From the NCBI GenBank assembly GCA_965648915.1, contig CBFGIV010000003.1, forward strand, positions 56,905-120,904: DNA of 64,000 nt, read 5' to 3'. The translations under genes were made by a program, and so were the position numbers. Under the pieces are notes generated by a model that had not been told where the DNA came from, made no database searches, and saw only the letters and a list, made by a program, of their open reading frames with translations. The stretch is from a candidate division WOR-3 bacterium. Lineage in GTDB: Bacteria; Hydrothermota; Tepidihabitantia; SM23-42; CAYGYG01. Positions 30,016 through 40,531 of this stretch are shown here, piece by piece. Within the stretch, counting starts at the first letter, position 1, and every line of letters starts with the position of its first letter.

Positions 30016-30756
30016 ATGGTTAAAGGACTCGTAATCATCCCTACTTATAATGAAGCAGAAAATATCGCCACTGTTATCAAGTCGGTCCTTAAAATAATGA
30101 AAAATGTAGACATCCTGATCATTGACGACAATTCTCAGGATGAGACCAGAAAGATTGTCAGGAATATCAGAAGGAGGGAAAAAAGGGTCACAATGATTGA
30201 ACGGCAAAAAAAATTGGGACTCGGTACTGCCTATGTTATGGGTTTTAAATATGCCCTGTCCCATAATTATGATTTCGTCTTCGAAATGGATGCTGACCTC
30301 TCCCACGATCCCAATGACCTACCGCGCTTTGTCAAAGAGTTAAATTTTTACGACCTCATCATCGGTTCCCGGTATATTAAAGGTGTCAGTGTGGTCAACT
30401 GGCCGATGAAGAGACTCTTATTATCTTATTTTGCAAATCTTTATGCCCGAATTGTGACCGATGTTCCAATCAAAGACTTGACCAGCGGTTTTAAATGCTA
30501 TTCAAGACGGGCTCTGGAAGCTGTCAACTGGGATGATGTTAAGACCAATGGATATGGCTTTCAGATCGAGGCTAATTTTAGAATTTATAAGGCTGGTTTC
30601 AAAATAAAGGAAATCCCGATCATCTTTGTCGAACGCAGGGCAGGGGTATCGAAGATGTCAAAAGGGATAATCTGGCAGGCGTTCTGGCTTGTCTGGAAAC
30701 TGAGATTGCTTGCTCTTTTCAAAAATGAATTTAGACATCATCATCGTCAATTATAA
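30016..30756 (+). CDS. Polyprenol monophosphomannose synthase (GT2, Dpm1/Ppm1-like)
   Basis: IIPTYNEAEN, DDNSQD, GLGTAY, EMDADLSH, DLTSGFKC, EIPIIFVERR.G.SKM. Confidence 0.92.
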   Translation: MVKGLVIIPTYNEAENIATVIKSVLKIMKNVDILIIDDNSQDETRKIVRNIRRREKRVTMIERQKKLGLGTAYVMGFKYALSHNYDFVFEMDADLSHDPNDLPRFVKELNFYDLIIGSRYIKGVSVVNWPMKRLLLSYFANLYARIVTDVPIKDLTSGFKCYSRRALEAVNWDDVKTNGYGFQIEANFRIYKAGFKIKEIPIIFVERRAGVSKMSKGIIWQAFWLVWKLRLLALFKNEFRHHHRQL

Positions 30757-31594
30757 TTCAGGCCCATACTTAAAAAAATGCCTCGACTCGATAAGCCCGG
30801 CCTTCAACGGCGATCTTGGGAGGGTACTTATCATTGATAATGCTTCTTCTGATGGGAGTATTATTAATCTCCAAAGTGTCTATCCTCATATCCAGATTAT
30901 CCGGAACCAGCAAAATCTCGGTTTTGCCCGGGCGGTAAATCAGGGGATAAGAATCACCACTTCGCCTTATCTCCTCCTCATTAACCCGGATGCCGAATTA
31001 CAATCAGCGAGTATTGACAAAATGCTACAATTTATGGAGACGAAGCCCGATTGCGGTGTGCTTGGAGGCCTGGTTCTTTATCCAGACGGTCGACGCCAGG
31101 AGACCGTCCGTTCCTTCCCTACTTTCTGGACAGTTCTTTTAGGACGCAGATCTTCCCTAACTTATAAAATTTTCCCCCATAATCCATTTTCCAAGAGATA
31201 TCTTCTCACGACCCATGACTTCACAAAGACGCAGGAGGTCGACTTTGTTGCCGGGACATTTATGATGTTGAGAAGAAAAGCGCTTGAAGAGATCGGGCTT
31301 TTTGACGAAGACTATTTCTGCTATGTTGAGGATGTTGATATCTGCTGGCGGATGAAAGAAAAAAACTGGAAGGTCTATTTCTATCCTGAAGCAAGGTGCG
31401 TTCATCTTTACGGCGAAAATATAAGGAAGGATAATATCCATCCCGAGATTTATCACGCCCGGGGAATGTATCATTTTTTCAATAAGTATTATCAACCCAA
31501 TTTTTTATACAAGTCTTTTTTGACCACCTGCCTCTATTTAAAGATCTGCCAGATAATCGCCTGGGGATTTCTTAAATTGTCGTTTGCACGATGA
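30725..31594 (+). CDS. GT2 glycosyltransferase (WbbL/rhamnosyltransferase-like)
   Basis: IIIVNYN, DNASSDGS, NLGFARAVNQG, LINPD, FDEDYF.Y.EDVD. Confidence 0.9.
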   Translation: MNLDIIIVNYNSGPYLKKCLDSISPAFNGDLGRVLIIDNASSDGSIINLQSVYPHIQIIRNQQNLGFARAVNQGIRITTSPYLLLINPDAELQSASIDKMLQFMETKPDCGVLGGLVLYPDGRRQETVRSFPTFWTVLLGRRSSLTYKIFPHNPFSKRYLLTTHDFTKTQEVDFVAGTFMMLRRKALEEIGLFDEDYFCYVEDVDICWRMKEKNWKVYFYPEARCVHLYGENIRKDNIHPEIYHARGMYHFFNKYYQPNFLYKSFLTTCLYLKICQIIAWGFLKLSFAR

Positions 31595-32592
31595 TCTATC
31601 TCTTTACTGTAATCATAACCCTTGTGCTTGCCTATCTTTTGACCTGGCTGATGATAAAAATCGCCCATCGCTTCAACCTCTACGACATTCCCTCGGAACG
31701 AAAGGTCCACTATGAAAATGTCCCGATCCTGGGTGGCGTCGGGATTATCATCGCCTTTTTTATCGGTGAAGGCCTGGCCTTCAAAGTTTTTGGGGTAAAC
31801 ACAAACTTTCTCTTACTCATCTTTTTATCTTATCTACCAATAATGGTAATCTCAATCTATGATGATTTGAAGGAGACCAGTGTCTACCTAAGGCTTTTGA
31901 TTCAGATAATCAGTGTCACAATTATCGTCGTCGCCGGGCCCAAAATCGAGTACTTACCTTTACCTGTGGGTAAATTATCATTGCGTTTCTTTTCCTATCC
32001 GATTACAATCTTCTGGTATCTTTTATTGATCAATGGTTTTAATTTTATCGATGGGCTCGATGGCCTGGCTGCAGGCATTGCCTGCATTGGATCGATCGTC
32101 ATCTTTATAACTAAATCTGTGGTTGGTGATCAGTATTCAGCGCTTTTCTGTCTGGGCCTTTTAGGTAGCAGTCTCGGTTTTTTAAGATTTAACTTCTTTC
32201 CAGCGAAAATCTTTATGGGTGATACAGGTGCGAATTTTCTCGGTTTTACCTTTGCCGCAATATCACTCTTAAGCCAGGGTAGAGCTGTGGTCTTAACATC
32301 ACTCCTGATCCCGATTACGGCATTGAGTCTTCCGATCGTCGATGTCTTACATCATATCGTTTATCGCGCCGGTGATCGGAAGGGGCTTTTTGTTTCGGAC
32401 AAAGACCATATCCACCACCGTTTTCTCCAAATGGGCTTTCATCACAAATGGGTGGTAATAGAATTTTATCTATTAACTGCCCTCCTCGGTGGAGTCGGAC
32501 TCTTTCTTTTAACCAAGAGCCGTCTCTACATTTATACATTTACAATACTTTTTTTAATTTTCAGTGTAATATGGTTTAAACAGAAGAGGTAA
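31591..32592 (+). CDS. WecA/TagO-like undecaprenyl-phosphate GlcNAc-1-phosphate transferase (MraY family)
   Basis: RKVH...P.LGG, YDD, NFIDGLDGLA, PAKIFMGDTG, HIHHR; multiple TM helices. Confidence 0.92.
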   Translation: MIYLFTVIITLVLAYLLTWLMIKIAHRFNLYDIPSERKVHYENVPILGGVGIIIAFFIGEGLAFKVFGVNTNFLLLIFLSYLPIMVISIYDDLKETSVYLRLLIQIISVTIIVVAGPKIEYLPLPVGKLSLRFFSYPITIFWYLLLINGFNFIDGLDGLAAGIACIGSIVIFITKSVVGDQYSALFCLGLLGSSLGFLRFNFFPAKIFMGDTGANFLGFTFAAISLLSQGRAVVLTSLLIPITALSLPIVDVLHHIVYRAGDRKGLFVSDKDHIHHRFLQMGFHHKWVVIEFYLLTALLGGVGLFLLTKSRLYIYTFTILFLIFSVIWFKQKR

Positions 32593-32594
32593 AA

Positions 32595-34733
32595 ATGATT
32601 ATCCTTTTCATCATAAGTCTTTACAATATGAAATTTTATACCAACACTAACTATATCTACAAGTTATGTAATGATGGTCAATACCTTTATTGTGCAACCA
32701 GCGGCGGCCTGAGTATATTCTCAATAGATGACAGATCTTTTAAGGTCTATACAAATACTGATGGCCTGCCGTCAAACTGGTCAACCTGTCTTGCCATTGA
32801 CCGGGATAAGAATATCTGGGTTGGAACTGACAACGGCATCGGTATCCTGAAGGCAGACCATTCATCCATCTTAAGACTATCACAAAAATTCTTCCCCTCC
32901 CCAAGGATCAATGCCATCCATATTAGAGAAGACACGGTCTATATCGGAACCGAAGGTGGTTTACTTTTTATCAATACAAGAAATACCTTGATCGATACGA
33001 GCGATGATGAGTATAAGATCATCAGAACTGTTAATGGTTTAATCTCTGACACTGTCCTTTCCATTGTCGCCAATCGATATATCTGGGTGGGTACGATGAA
33101 CGGGATAACCCGCTTCAGCAAAAACTTCGATTCGGTCACTTATTTCCTGGACAAACAGAAGATCAAAACAATGGTATCGAAAGATTCAGTAAATATCTAT
33201 GTCGGAACCGATAATGCCCTTTATCTGTTTCGGGATGACACCTTCCGGATCCTGATGAGCGGTTGGGACATAAATGACCTCGCCCTGAAGAACGATTCTC
33301 TATTTATTGTCATTCCGAATGCCTTCATAATCTATAAAGATTCATTTATGACCCGCAATACGGGCCTGCCCGCCGGTATCAGATTAAAATCGGTGGCCAC
33401 TACTTCTGATGCCTGGGCCGTGGGGCTCGGTAATGAACATTCTACCTTTGATAACAAAGGCGAAGGCATTGGCCTCTGGGAAAATGGTCGATTCTCAACC
33501 TATAAGAGAGAATGTATCCCTTCAAACTGTATTGCCGATTTGACCGTTGCCAGTAATGGCCAACTATTCTTAGCCTTGGGCCCCCGCGGTGGTATCGGTG
33601 CGGTTCTGTCGGGCATCGCACTGCTCAAAGAAGATTCTTCGTGGTTGAATATTACCAAACCGACAATCCCGACCGATATGGTGCATCGCTGTGATGCCGA
33701 TCCTGCCGGCCGGGTCTGGTTTATCGGTAACTGGGAAGGCGGTGCCTTCTTTTACGACACTAAAGGCGATTCCTGGGTATTCTTCAATTCAGGAAACTCA
33801 CAGATTGGTAGTAATATCGGCTGGGATATAAAGGCTGATGTCCATAATAATATCTACTTCTCTTTAGCTGGACCAGCCGACCGGATAATGGTCCTGGACT
33901 CTTCTCTGACCGTCTGGACCCAACTTAACCCCGGTGGGCTCGGACACGCCGCCGAATTGGAAGTTGCTGATCAGGGCAGAATCTATGTCACCTTTAAGAC
34001 CGAAGGGACGCTCTTTATTGACACCAAGAACACAATTGCCGATGTCAATGACGATACCTTCTGTTTCTATACTGAAGAAAATGGTCTACCTTCGATAAAC
34101 TGCCAGTCCGTACGGGTCGATCCCAAAGGCCGGACCTTTATTGCAACCGAAGCGGGCGTCGCTTTATTCTATAAGGACTCAATCAAGACCTTTAGCACTA
34201 AAAATAGTGGTATGATTTATGACGACTGCCTGGCCATGACTATTGATGGGCAGAAAAGGATCTGGATATTGACTTCTGCCGGCATTTCCATCTATAATCC
34301 CTATTTTAACACCTGGCAAAGAATCGGCTTCAGCGAAAACAACCTCACCGTAAAGTTTGCCCCGGAAAAACTGGATAACAAAGCCTTTTTATTTGACCCT
34401 TATCACAACTGTGTCTGGCTTGGTAGCCGCAGCGGACTGCTCCGGATTGACCTTACCGAACCCCGGGTTTCCGGTACCGACAGCGCCTTTGTTTACCCTA
34501 ATCCCCTAACTCGAAATGACCATGCTCTTGTCTTCAAGAAAATTCCTCCTGATGCAAAGATTTATATCTTTTCGATCGATGGCCGGTTGATAAAGAAATT
34601 AGAGGACTTCGACCCAACTGTTAGCGGATATATCTGGTTTGATGCTGAAATAAACCTCACCAGCGGTCTCTATTTTGCTCTGATTAAGAGCCCTCAGGAA
34701 AAAAGGATTTTAAAATTTGCCGTGGTCAAATAG
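32595..34733 (+). CDS. PorZ-like two-component-regulator-propeller protein with T9SS-type C-terminal domain
   Basis: Repeated GLPSN / D...NIWVGTDNG propeller blades; C-terminal VYPNP...IFSIDGRLI...W...SGLY...KFAVVK. Confidence 0.8.
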   Translation: MIILFIISLYNMKFYTNTNYIYKLCNDGQYLYCATSGGLSIFSIDDRSFKVYTNTDGLPSNWSTCLAIDRDKNIWVGTDNGIGILKADHSSILRLSQKFFPSPRINAIHIREDTVYIGTEGGLLFINTRNTLIDTSDDEYKIIRTVNGLISDTVLSIVANRYIWVGTMNGITRFSKNFDSVTYFLDKQKIKTMVSKDSVNIYVGTDNALYLFRDDTFRILMSGWDINDLALKNDSLFIVIPNAFIIYKDSFMTRNTGLPAGIRLKSVATTSDAWAVGLGNEHSTFDNKGEGIGLWENGRFSTYKRECIPSNCIADLTVASNGQLFLALGPRGGIGAVLSGIALLKEDSSWLNITKPTIPTDMVHRCDADPAGRVWFIGNWEGGAFFYDTKGDSWVFFNSGNSQIGSNIGWDIKADVHNNIYFSLAGPADRIMVLDSSLTVWTQLNPGGLGHAAELEVADQGRIYVTFKTEGTLFIDTKNTIADVNDDTFCFYTEENGLPSINCQSVRVDPKGRTFIATEAGVALFYKDSIKTFSTKNSGMIYDDCLAMTIDGQKRIWILTSAGISIYNPYFNTWQRIGFSENNLTVKFAPEKLDNKAFLFDPYHNCVWLGSRSGLLRIDLTEPRVSGTDSAFVYPNPLTRNDHALVFKKIPPDAKIYIFSIDGRLIKKLEDFDPTVSGYIWFDAEINLTSGLYFALIKSPQEKRILKFAVVK

Positions 34734-34736
34734 AAA

Positions 34737-36101
34737 TCATTTTACCGAAGATTCACTCCGCGTCAGGCCAATGCTACTGAAGATAATGAGCATTGGTTCG
34801 ATCGGTATACGGAACCTCGAATAGCCAAGTGATCCGGGGATGATAAGCATATAGATAATAACTATACCATAAAGGACAAGGGCCGAATTCACTCTCTTTT
34901 TGCACAATAGATAAATTAAACAGCCTATGATTAAAATCGAATGGTATAATAAAGCGCCCAACAGGATCAAAATGGCCATAACCGGTAGACGGGCAACTCT
35001 CTCTTCAAATATAATCTTAGCCATATTCCCTATCTTCCCCTGGGCAAGATATTTCATAGCATTCTGGGCGGTCCGCCTCGAGAGATCAAGTTCTTCGGGT
35101 GTTTTTCCACTGACATAGGTAATAACCTCCCGGAACGGCAAAGGTAAGAAAAGGGTTGATCCGAAACCAATCAATCTAATCTTCAGGTAAGTAAATGGAT
35201 AACGGCCTATTACTGACAATGCCTGTCTGGTCTTTAATGCCATACTATCATTTATATTCTCCGGCCTTAAAATTGCCGCCATTTTATCATACTCTTTCCA
35301 GAACTCCTGCGCAGCATCGTTTACATCGATCTTTCTTTGAATCGCTAAAACGAGGGGTGCATCAAAGGAGGCAATATTATAACTGAATACGGATGAGAAA
35401 AAAATAGTTCTATAAACAAAGAAATTTCTCACCAGCCAGGGAAGGATGAATAAGAGGTAGCCCATTAAGAAGAGGATGATTTTTAACCCGGTCTTCTTTA
35501 AACCCTTTTTTATAATCACATAGAAGAGAATAAACAAAGGGAGGAGGATCGCAATTGGTCTGGTTAGAGTTGCCAGGCCTAAAAATATGCCGGCGATAAC
35601 AATCGACCAGCCTTCGAGTTTTTCGATAAATAAATTTACCAGCACAAGACTGACAAATATTAAAACCATAAAGATAACATCCGAGAGGACCTGAACCGAA
35701 TAGAAGGCAATGTTGAAATTTAAGATAAAGAGCAGCCCCGCAATCATTTTTTCCCGTAATTCAAGAAACTTGAGCCTAAAAATCAAAACAATCGGAATAG
35801 TTGAAATTATTATCTGCAGTAGGATCAGGACCAATCGGTTATACTGGAATACTTTATATACCCCCGCAGCAAAAAGGGGGTAAAGAGGGGTTCTTAAAGC
35901 ATCGGGCCGATAAGGAGGCGCACCGTCGAGGGAAAATTTACCAACTGAGATTAGATTCCTGGCAAGCGTCTCATACTCCCGAGCATCGCGGGTCGGTGTT
36001 AAAGGGCGGTTGATATCAGATAGAGCCGGGATCGTCCAGATTGACCTGAAGGTCAGGGTAAGAATTATATTGAAGATCAGAAATCTGGTTGTTGTTGACA
36101 C
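34737..36101 (-). CDS. GT-C fold (ArnT/GT39-like) membrane glycosyltransferase
   Basis: DAREY..LARNL, RTPLYPLF.A, GIFLGLATLTRP, PW.VRN, RFRIP; promoter TTGACA-16-TATAAT (36107-36134) 5 nt before the GTG. Confidence 0.85.
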   Translation of the reverse strand: MSTTTRFLIFNIILTLTFRSIWTIPALSDINRPLTPTRDAREYETLARNLISVGKFSLDGAPPYRPDALRTPLYPLFAAGVYKVFQYNRLVLILLQIIISTIPIVLIFRLKFLELREKMIAGLLFILNFNIAFYSVQVLSDVIFMVLIFVSLVLVNLFIEKLEGWSIVIAGIFLGLATLTRPIAILLPLFILFYVIIKKGLKKTGLKIILFLMGYLLFILPWLVRNFFVYRTIFFSSVFSYNIASFDAPLVLAIQRKIDVNDAAQEFWKEYDKMAAILRPENINDSMALKTRQALSVIGRYPFTYLKIRLIGFGSTLFLPLPFREVITYVSGKTPEELDLSRRTAQNAMKYLAQGKIGNMAKIIFEERVARLPVMAILILLGALLYHSILIIGCLIYLLCKKRVNSALVLYGIVIIYMLIIPGSLGYSRFRIPIEPMLIIFSSIGLTRSESSVK

Positions 36102-36206
36102 ACCAAATTATATCTCTCCTTATCTCGATGTCAACCCTGCTTATTATTATCCAGACTTGACGAAGGCATTAAAATAGATAAAATAAAGCATTAAGTCCAT
36201 TAACTT

Positions 36207-36560
36207 ATGCACGAACTTTCCGTCACTCAGTCGATTTTTGACATCTGTCTCCAAGAGGCTCGTAAGCACTCATTACGAAAGATAACTGAGATAAACATCA
36301 GATTAGGTCGATTCTCAACATTTGAACCGGAATCGATAATCTTCTATTTCAATATTATGAGTAAAGGTTCAATTGCTGAAAATGCAAAACTTAAGTTTGA
36401 GATTATTAAAATCAAGGTCCTTTGCCTTAATTGCGATAATATTATGGAGTCAGACGAGCCTATCTTTGTCTGCACCAGTTGTGGCCACTCGAACTTTGAG
36501 ATCCTTGAAGGTCGAGAATTTTCCATCGAAAGTATTGTCGGCGATGAGGAGGTTCAATGA
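36207..36560 (+). CDS. hypA: Hydrogenase maturation nickel metallochaperone HypA
   Basis: MHELS, two CxxC motifs, GREF.I.SI. Confidence 0.95.
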   Translation: MHELSVTQSIFDICLQEARKHSLRKITEINIRLGRFSTFEPESIIFYFNIMSKGSIAENAKLKFEIIKIKVLCLNCDNIMESDEPIFVCTSCGHSNFEILEGREFSIESIVGDEEVQ

Positions 36561-37222
36561 AGATCGATATCTTAAAAAGTGTCCTGGTCACTAATGAAGC
36601 AATCGCAGCCGAAAATAGAAGGATATTCGATAAACACCGAGCACTGGTTATTAACTTAATGTCTTCACCCGGTGCCGGTAAGACAAGCCTTATTGAAAGG
36701 ACGATTAAGGCCCTCGGGACTAAATATAAAATCGCGGTCATTGAAGGCGACATCGCAGGAAATATCGATGCTCAGCGGATAAATAACCTTGGCGTACCGG
36801 TAATCCAGATCAATACCGGTGGCGAATGCCACCTCGATGCCCATATGGTCAGATCAAGTCTTCCCCATCTGCCCTCGGGAGAGTTCGATCTTATAATCAT
36901 CGAAAATGTCGGTAATCTTGTCTGTCCGGCTGAGTTTAATGTCGGCGAAGATTTTAAGGCAATGATCCTCTCTCTTCCCGAAGGAGATGACAAGGTTAAA
37001 AAATACCCTCTGATGTTCCATCAGTCAAAGGTCTTGCTCGTCAACAAAATGGACCTTGTCGACCGGACCGATTTCAATTTCGATACCCTGAATAAAGATT
37101 TACAGGCAGTTAATCCTAAATTGAAAGTCTTTAAAATTTCTTGTAAAAGCGACATGGGCATCGACCAGTGGATTAAATATCTTGAAGATGCAATCATTGA
37201 TAAGAAGAAAAATTTTCGTTAG
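36557..37222 (+). CDS. hypB: Hydrogenase nickel incorporation GTPase HypB
   Basis: SSPGAGKT, CHLDA, ENVGNLVCPAEF, EGDDK..KYP, NKMD. Confidence 0.97.
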   Translation: MKIDILKSVLVTNEAIAAENRRIFDKHRALVINLMSSPGAGKTSLIERTIKALGTKYKIAVIEGDIAGNIDAQRINNLGVPVIQINTGGECHLDAHMVRSSLPHLPSGEFDLIIIENVGNLVCPAEFNVGEDFKAMILSLPEGDDKVKKYPLMFHQSKVLLVNKMDLVDRTDFNFDTLNKDLQAVNPKLKVFKISCKSDMGIDQWIKYLEDAIIDKKKNFR

Positions 37223-39446
37223 AGGTATTGTTCAGGGGGTTGGTTTCCGGCCATTTATCTATCGTCTGGCTGGTCAATTCGATATTAAAGGCTGGGTCCT
37301 CAACTCCTCCTCCGGTGTGACCATTGATGCCGAAGGTGAAAAGAGTAAGGTCGAGAAGTTCATCGAACAGATAGAGCGAGAAAAACCGGTCAATGCCCGT
37401 ATCGATGAAATAAAGATTCTTACCCGAAAGGCTATCGGCTACCAACATTTTACCATCCGCGAAAGCACAATCTCATCTAACGGCCATGCCCTGATCTCAC
37501 CTGACCTTGCAACCTGTCCTGACTGCCAGCAGGAGATTATGAATCAGGGCAATCGCCGCTACTTTTATCCCTTTACGAATTGCACCAACTGTGGTCCCAG
37601 ATATTCAATAATTATGGATATGCCTTATGATCGGATCCGGACAACAATGAAGAATTTCCGGATGTGCCCTACCTGTGCAGCGGAATATCATAATACCAGC
37701 GATCGTCGCTTTCACGCCCAGCCCAATGCCTGCCCGGAATGTGGCCCAATCCTCTTTCTCTATACGATCAACCGTCGATTGATAAATACCCTTTCTCCAA
37801 TCGAGACAACAATCAATTTATTAAAGAATGGAAAGATCATCGCGATCAAAGGTCTGGGCGGTTTTCATATTGCCTGTGATGCCAAGAATGAAATCGTGGT
37901 TAAGAGACTGAGAAGAAGAAAGAACCGCCCCCATAAACCTTTTGCCATTATGTGCAAACTCAAAGATATTAAAAAGGTTGCTTTTCTTACCAGATCCGAA
38001 GCCGAATTACTCTCATCCCCACAATCGCCTATCATCCTTTTGAGAAAAAAGAAAAATAACCTGCTGGCAGATGCAATTGCTCCGGATAACCCTTATTTGG
38101 GCATTATGATCCCTTATACACCCCTCCATCACCTCCTCTTTCGCGAATTAGACTATCTAGTTATGACCAGCGGGAATCTCCAGGATGAGCCAATCATAAT
38201 CGATGATGAAGAATGTTTTCAAAAACTGTCCCATATCGTCGACTATGTCCTGACCAATAACCGTTTGATACAAAATCGAAACGACGATTCAATTGTAACA
38301 TATTCCCGTTATACAAACTTTTCGATACTACGCCGTTCGCGTGGTTATGCCCCCGACCCCCTGGATCTACCCATCAGTATCAAGCCCACCCTGGGTTGTG
38401 GTGGTGAATTAAAGAGCACCTTCTGTCTGGCTCATAGTAGAATCGCCTATCTCAGTCCTCATATTGGAGACTTAGAAAACAATGAGACGATGGGGGCTTT
38501 TGAAAAAATTTTACAAAATTACAAAAGATGGTTTAAGATTGAACCGGAACTGATCGCCTATGACCTCCATCCCGACTATATGACCACGAGATTTGGACAA
38601 TCGATTAAATCCGGTCAGAAAAAGCCGGTTCAACACCATTTTGCTCACATCGCCGCCTGCCTTGCCGAGAATTTAATCGAGGAGCCGGTGATCGGCCTGG
38701 CCTTTGATGGCACCGGCTACGGACTCGATGGCAAGATCTGGGGGTGCGAATTTCTAATTGGTAATATTAAAGGGTTAAAAAGGGCTGGCCATCTCAAATA
38801 TCTGCCCTTACCGGGCGGTGAGGCAAGCATCCGCCACCCTTATCGAATCGCTCTCGCTTATTTGATCTATCTCTTTGGTTCAATCCCCCAACTGCCTTTT
38901 ATAAATAAAATTCCGCGCCAAGAGAAGATCACCATCGAACGGATGGTCGAATCTAATTTTAATCTAACTTTTACTTCAAGTCTGGGAAGACTCTTCGATG
39001 CCGTATCAGCAATTCTCGGTTTTACCACAGAAATAACCTTTGAAGCCCAGGCGGCTATGCAACTCGAATACCTATCAACAAACCCGACCGAAGATCTCTA
39101 TCTCTCAACCATCGAGGAAGAAGACGGAATTTTGATCATAAATCCCGGTGAAATCATCAAAGGGATAATCCTCGACCTCAAACGAGGTGTCTCGCACCAT
39201 AAGATTGCAACCAAATTTCATAATTCGATTATAAAATTTTCGATCGATACCTGCCTTCGATTACGGTCTCGATACAATCTTAATAGGGTCGCTATTTCGG
39301 GTGGTGCATTTCAGAACCGCCTTCTGCTCGAGGGCCTCTATAAACATCTCATTATTAATGATTTTGAACCAATCTTTCACCGTAAAGTGCCTTACAATGA
39401 CGGTGGAATATCTTTGGGCCAAGTAGTTCTGGCTAACAGCAATTAA
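37188..39446 (+). CDS. hypF: Carbamoyltransferase HypF
   Basis: GIVQGVGFRPF, Zn fingers, KGLGGFH, QHHFAH, DGTGYG, NDGGISLGQ. Confidence 0.97.
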   Translation: MQSLIRRKIFVRGIVQGVGFRPFIYRLAGQFDIKGWVLNSSSGVTIDAEGEKSKVEKFIEQIEREKPVNARIDEIKILTRKAIGYQHFTIRESTISSNGHALISPDLATCPDCQQEIMNQGNRRYFYPFTNCTNCGPRYSIIMDMPYDRIRTTMKNFRMCPTCAAEYHNTSDRRFHAQPNACPECGPILFLYTINRRLINTLSPIETTINLLKNGKIIAIKGLGGFHIACDAKNEIVVKRLRRRKNRPHKPFAIMCKLKDIKKVAFLTRSEAELLSSPQSPIILLRKKKNNLLADAIAPDNPYLGIMIPYTPLHHLLFRELDYLVMTSGNLQDEPIIIDDEECFQKLSHIVDYVLTNNRLIQNRNDDSIVTYSRYTNFSILRRSRGYAPDPLDLPISIKPTLGCGGELKSTFCLAHSRIAYLSPHIGDLENNETMGAFEKILQNYKRWFKIEPELIAYDLHPDYMTTRFGQSIKSGQKKPVQHHFAHIAACLAENLIEEPVIGLAFDGTGYGLDGKIWGCEFLIGNIKGLKRAGHLKYLPLPGGEASIRHPYRIALAYLIYLFGSIPQLPFINKIPRQEKITIERMVESNFNLTFTSSLGRLFDAVSAILGFTTEITFEAQAAMQLEYLSTNPTEDLYLSTIEEEDGILIINPGEIIKGIILDLKRGVSHHKIATKFHNSIIKFSIDTCLRLRSRYNLNRVAISGGAFQNRLLLEGLYKHLIINDFEPIFHRKVPYNDGGISLGQVVLANSN

Positions 39447-39447
39447 A

Positions 39448-39681
39448 ATGTGTTTAGCAGTAATTGGTAAAATAATTTCGATCAGAGAAGATGAAGGAAT
39501 TGTTGAAATCAGCGGTGTCCGGCGTGAGGTAATGCTCAGTCTCGTCCCCGGGGTAAAGGTCGGTGATTATGTTATGATCCATGCCGGTTTTGCCATTCAG
39601 ATTCTTGAAGAAGAAGACGCCCGGGAAACAATCCGGATGATTAACGAGATGCTAAAGGAGACCGACCAGAGTGGGGGTTAA
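39448..39681 (+). CDS. hypC: Hydrogenase assembly chaperone HypC
   Basis: MCLAVIG...VGDYVMIHAGFAI. Confidence 0.95.
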   Translation: MCLAVIGKIISIREDEGIVEISGVRREVMLSLVPGVKVGDYVMIHAGFAIQILEEEDARETIRMINEMLKETDQSGG

Positions 39682-40531
39682 ACTTTCCTTCATCATTGTC
39701 ACCTGGAATAGCGAAGAGTTTATAAGTCAATTGCTAACTGGACTACCTCAGGGTGAAGATTACGAAACAATCGTCGTCGATAATGGATCTCAGGACCAAA
39801 CGGTGAAAATCATCGAAAAGAATTTTCCTGCGGTAAAACTGATCAAGAATACTCAGAATCAATTTCTCTCCCGGGCAACCAATCAGGCATTTAATATCTC
39901 TAAGGGTGAATACCTGTTGCTCCTCAACCCGGATGTTATCATCAAACGAGAAGCAATAGAAACAATGCTCGATTTTATTGATAAACATTCGGAAGTCGGC
40001 GCCCTGGGACCAAAGTTATTTAATCCTGATGGCACCCTGCAACCATCCTGTCGAGAATTCCCGACCCTGGGAAACATCCTCTGGGAATTTTCTATAATCC
40101 CGAGGATCTTCAAATCCCTCTCCCGATGGAAGATGGGATATTTTGATCATAACCATACCCGTGAAGTTGACCAGCCCATCGGCTCCTGTCTTATGGTGCG
40201 ACGCGATGCCTTTATCAAGGCAGGGATGATGGATGAATCTTTACCCCTGTTTTGTAATGATGTCTCTCTCTGTTATAATATTAAAAAAGCCGGTTACAAA
40301 ATATATTTCTTGGCTGAGGCAGCGGGTTTACATCACCACGGTGCTTCGGTTAAAAAGGTTATGGTCAAGACAATAATCGAAGCACATCATTCACTCTATT
40401 GCTATCTGCGCAGATCTTACAATAAGAATTTTTTGCTTTATCTAATTGGAACTTTAATATTTATCAGTGCTGTTTTAAGAATTATATGCTACAGGTTAAG
40501 CAAAACAATTATTTCCCCCATTAAAAAATGA
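39671..40531 (+). CDS. GT2 glycosyltransferase
   Basis: SFIIVTWNS, VDNGSQD, LLLNPD, VDQPIGSC. Confidence 0.9.
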   Translation: MGVKLSFIIVTWNSEEFISQLLTGLPQGEDYETIVVDNGSQDQTVKIIEKNFPAVKLIKNTQNQFLSRATNQAFNISKGEYLLLLNPDVIIKREAIETMLDFIDKHSEVGALGPKLFNPDGTLQPSCREFPTLGNILWEFSIIPRIFKSLSRWKMGYFDHNHTREVDQPIGSCLMVRRDAFIKAGMMDESLPLFCNDVSLCYNIKKAGYKIYFLAEAAGLHHHGASVKKVMVKTIIEAHHSLYCYLRRSYNKNFLLYLIGTLIFISAVLRIICYRLSKTIISPIKK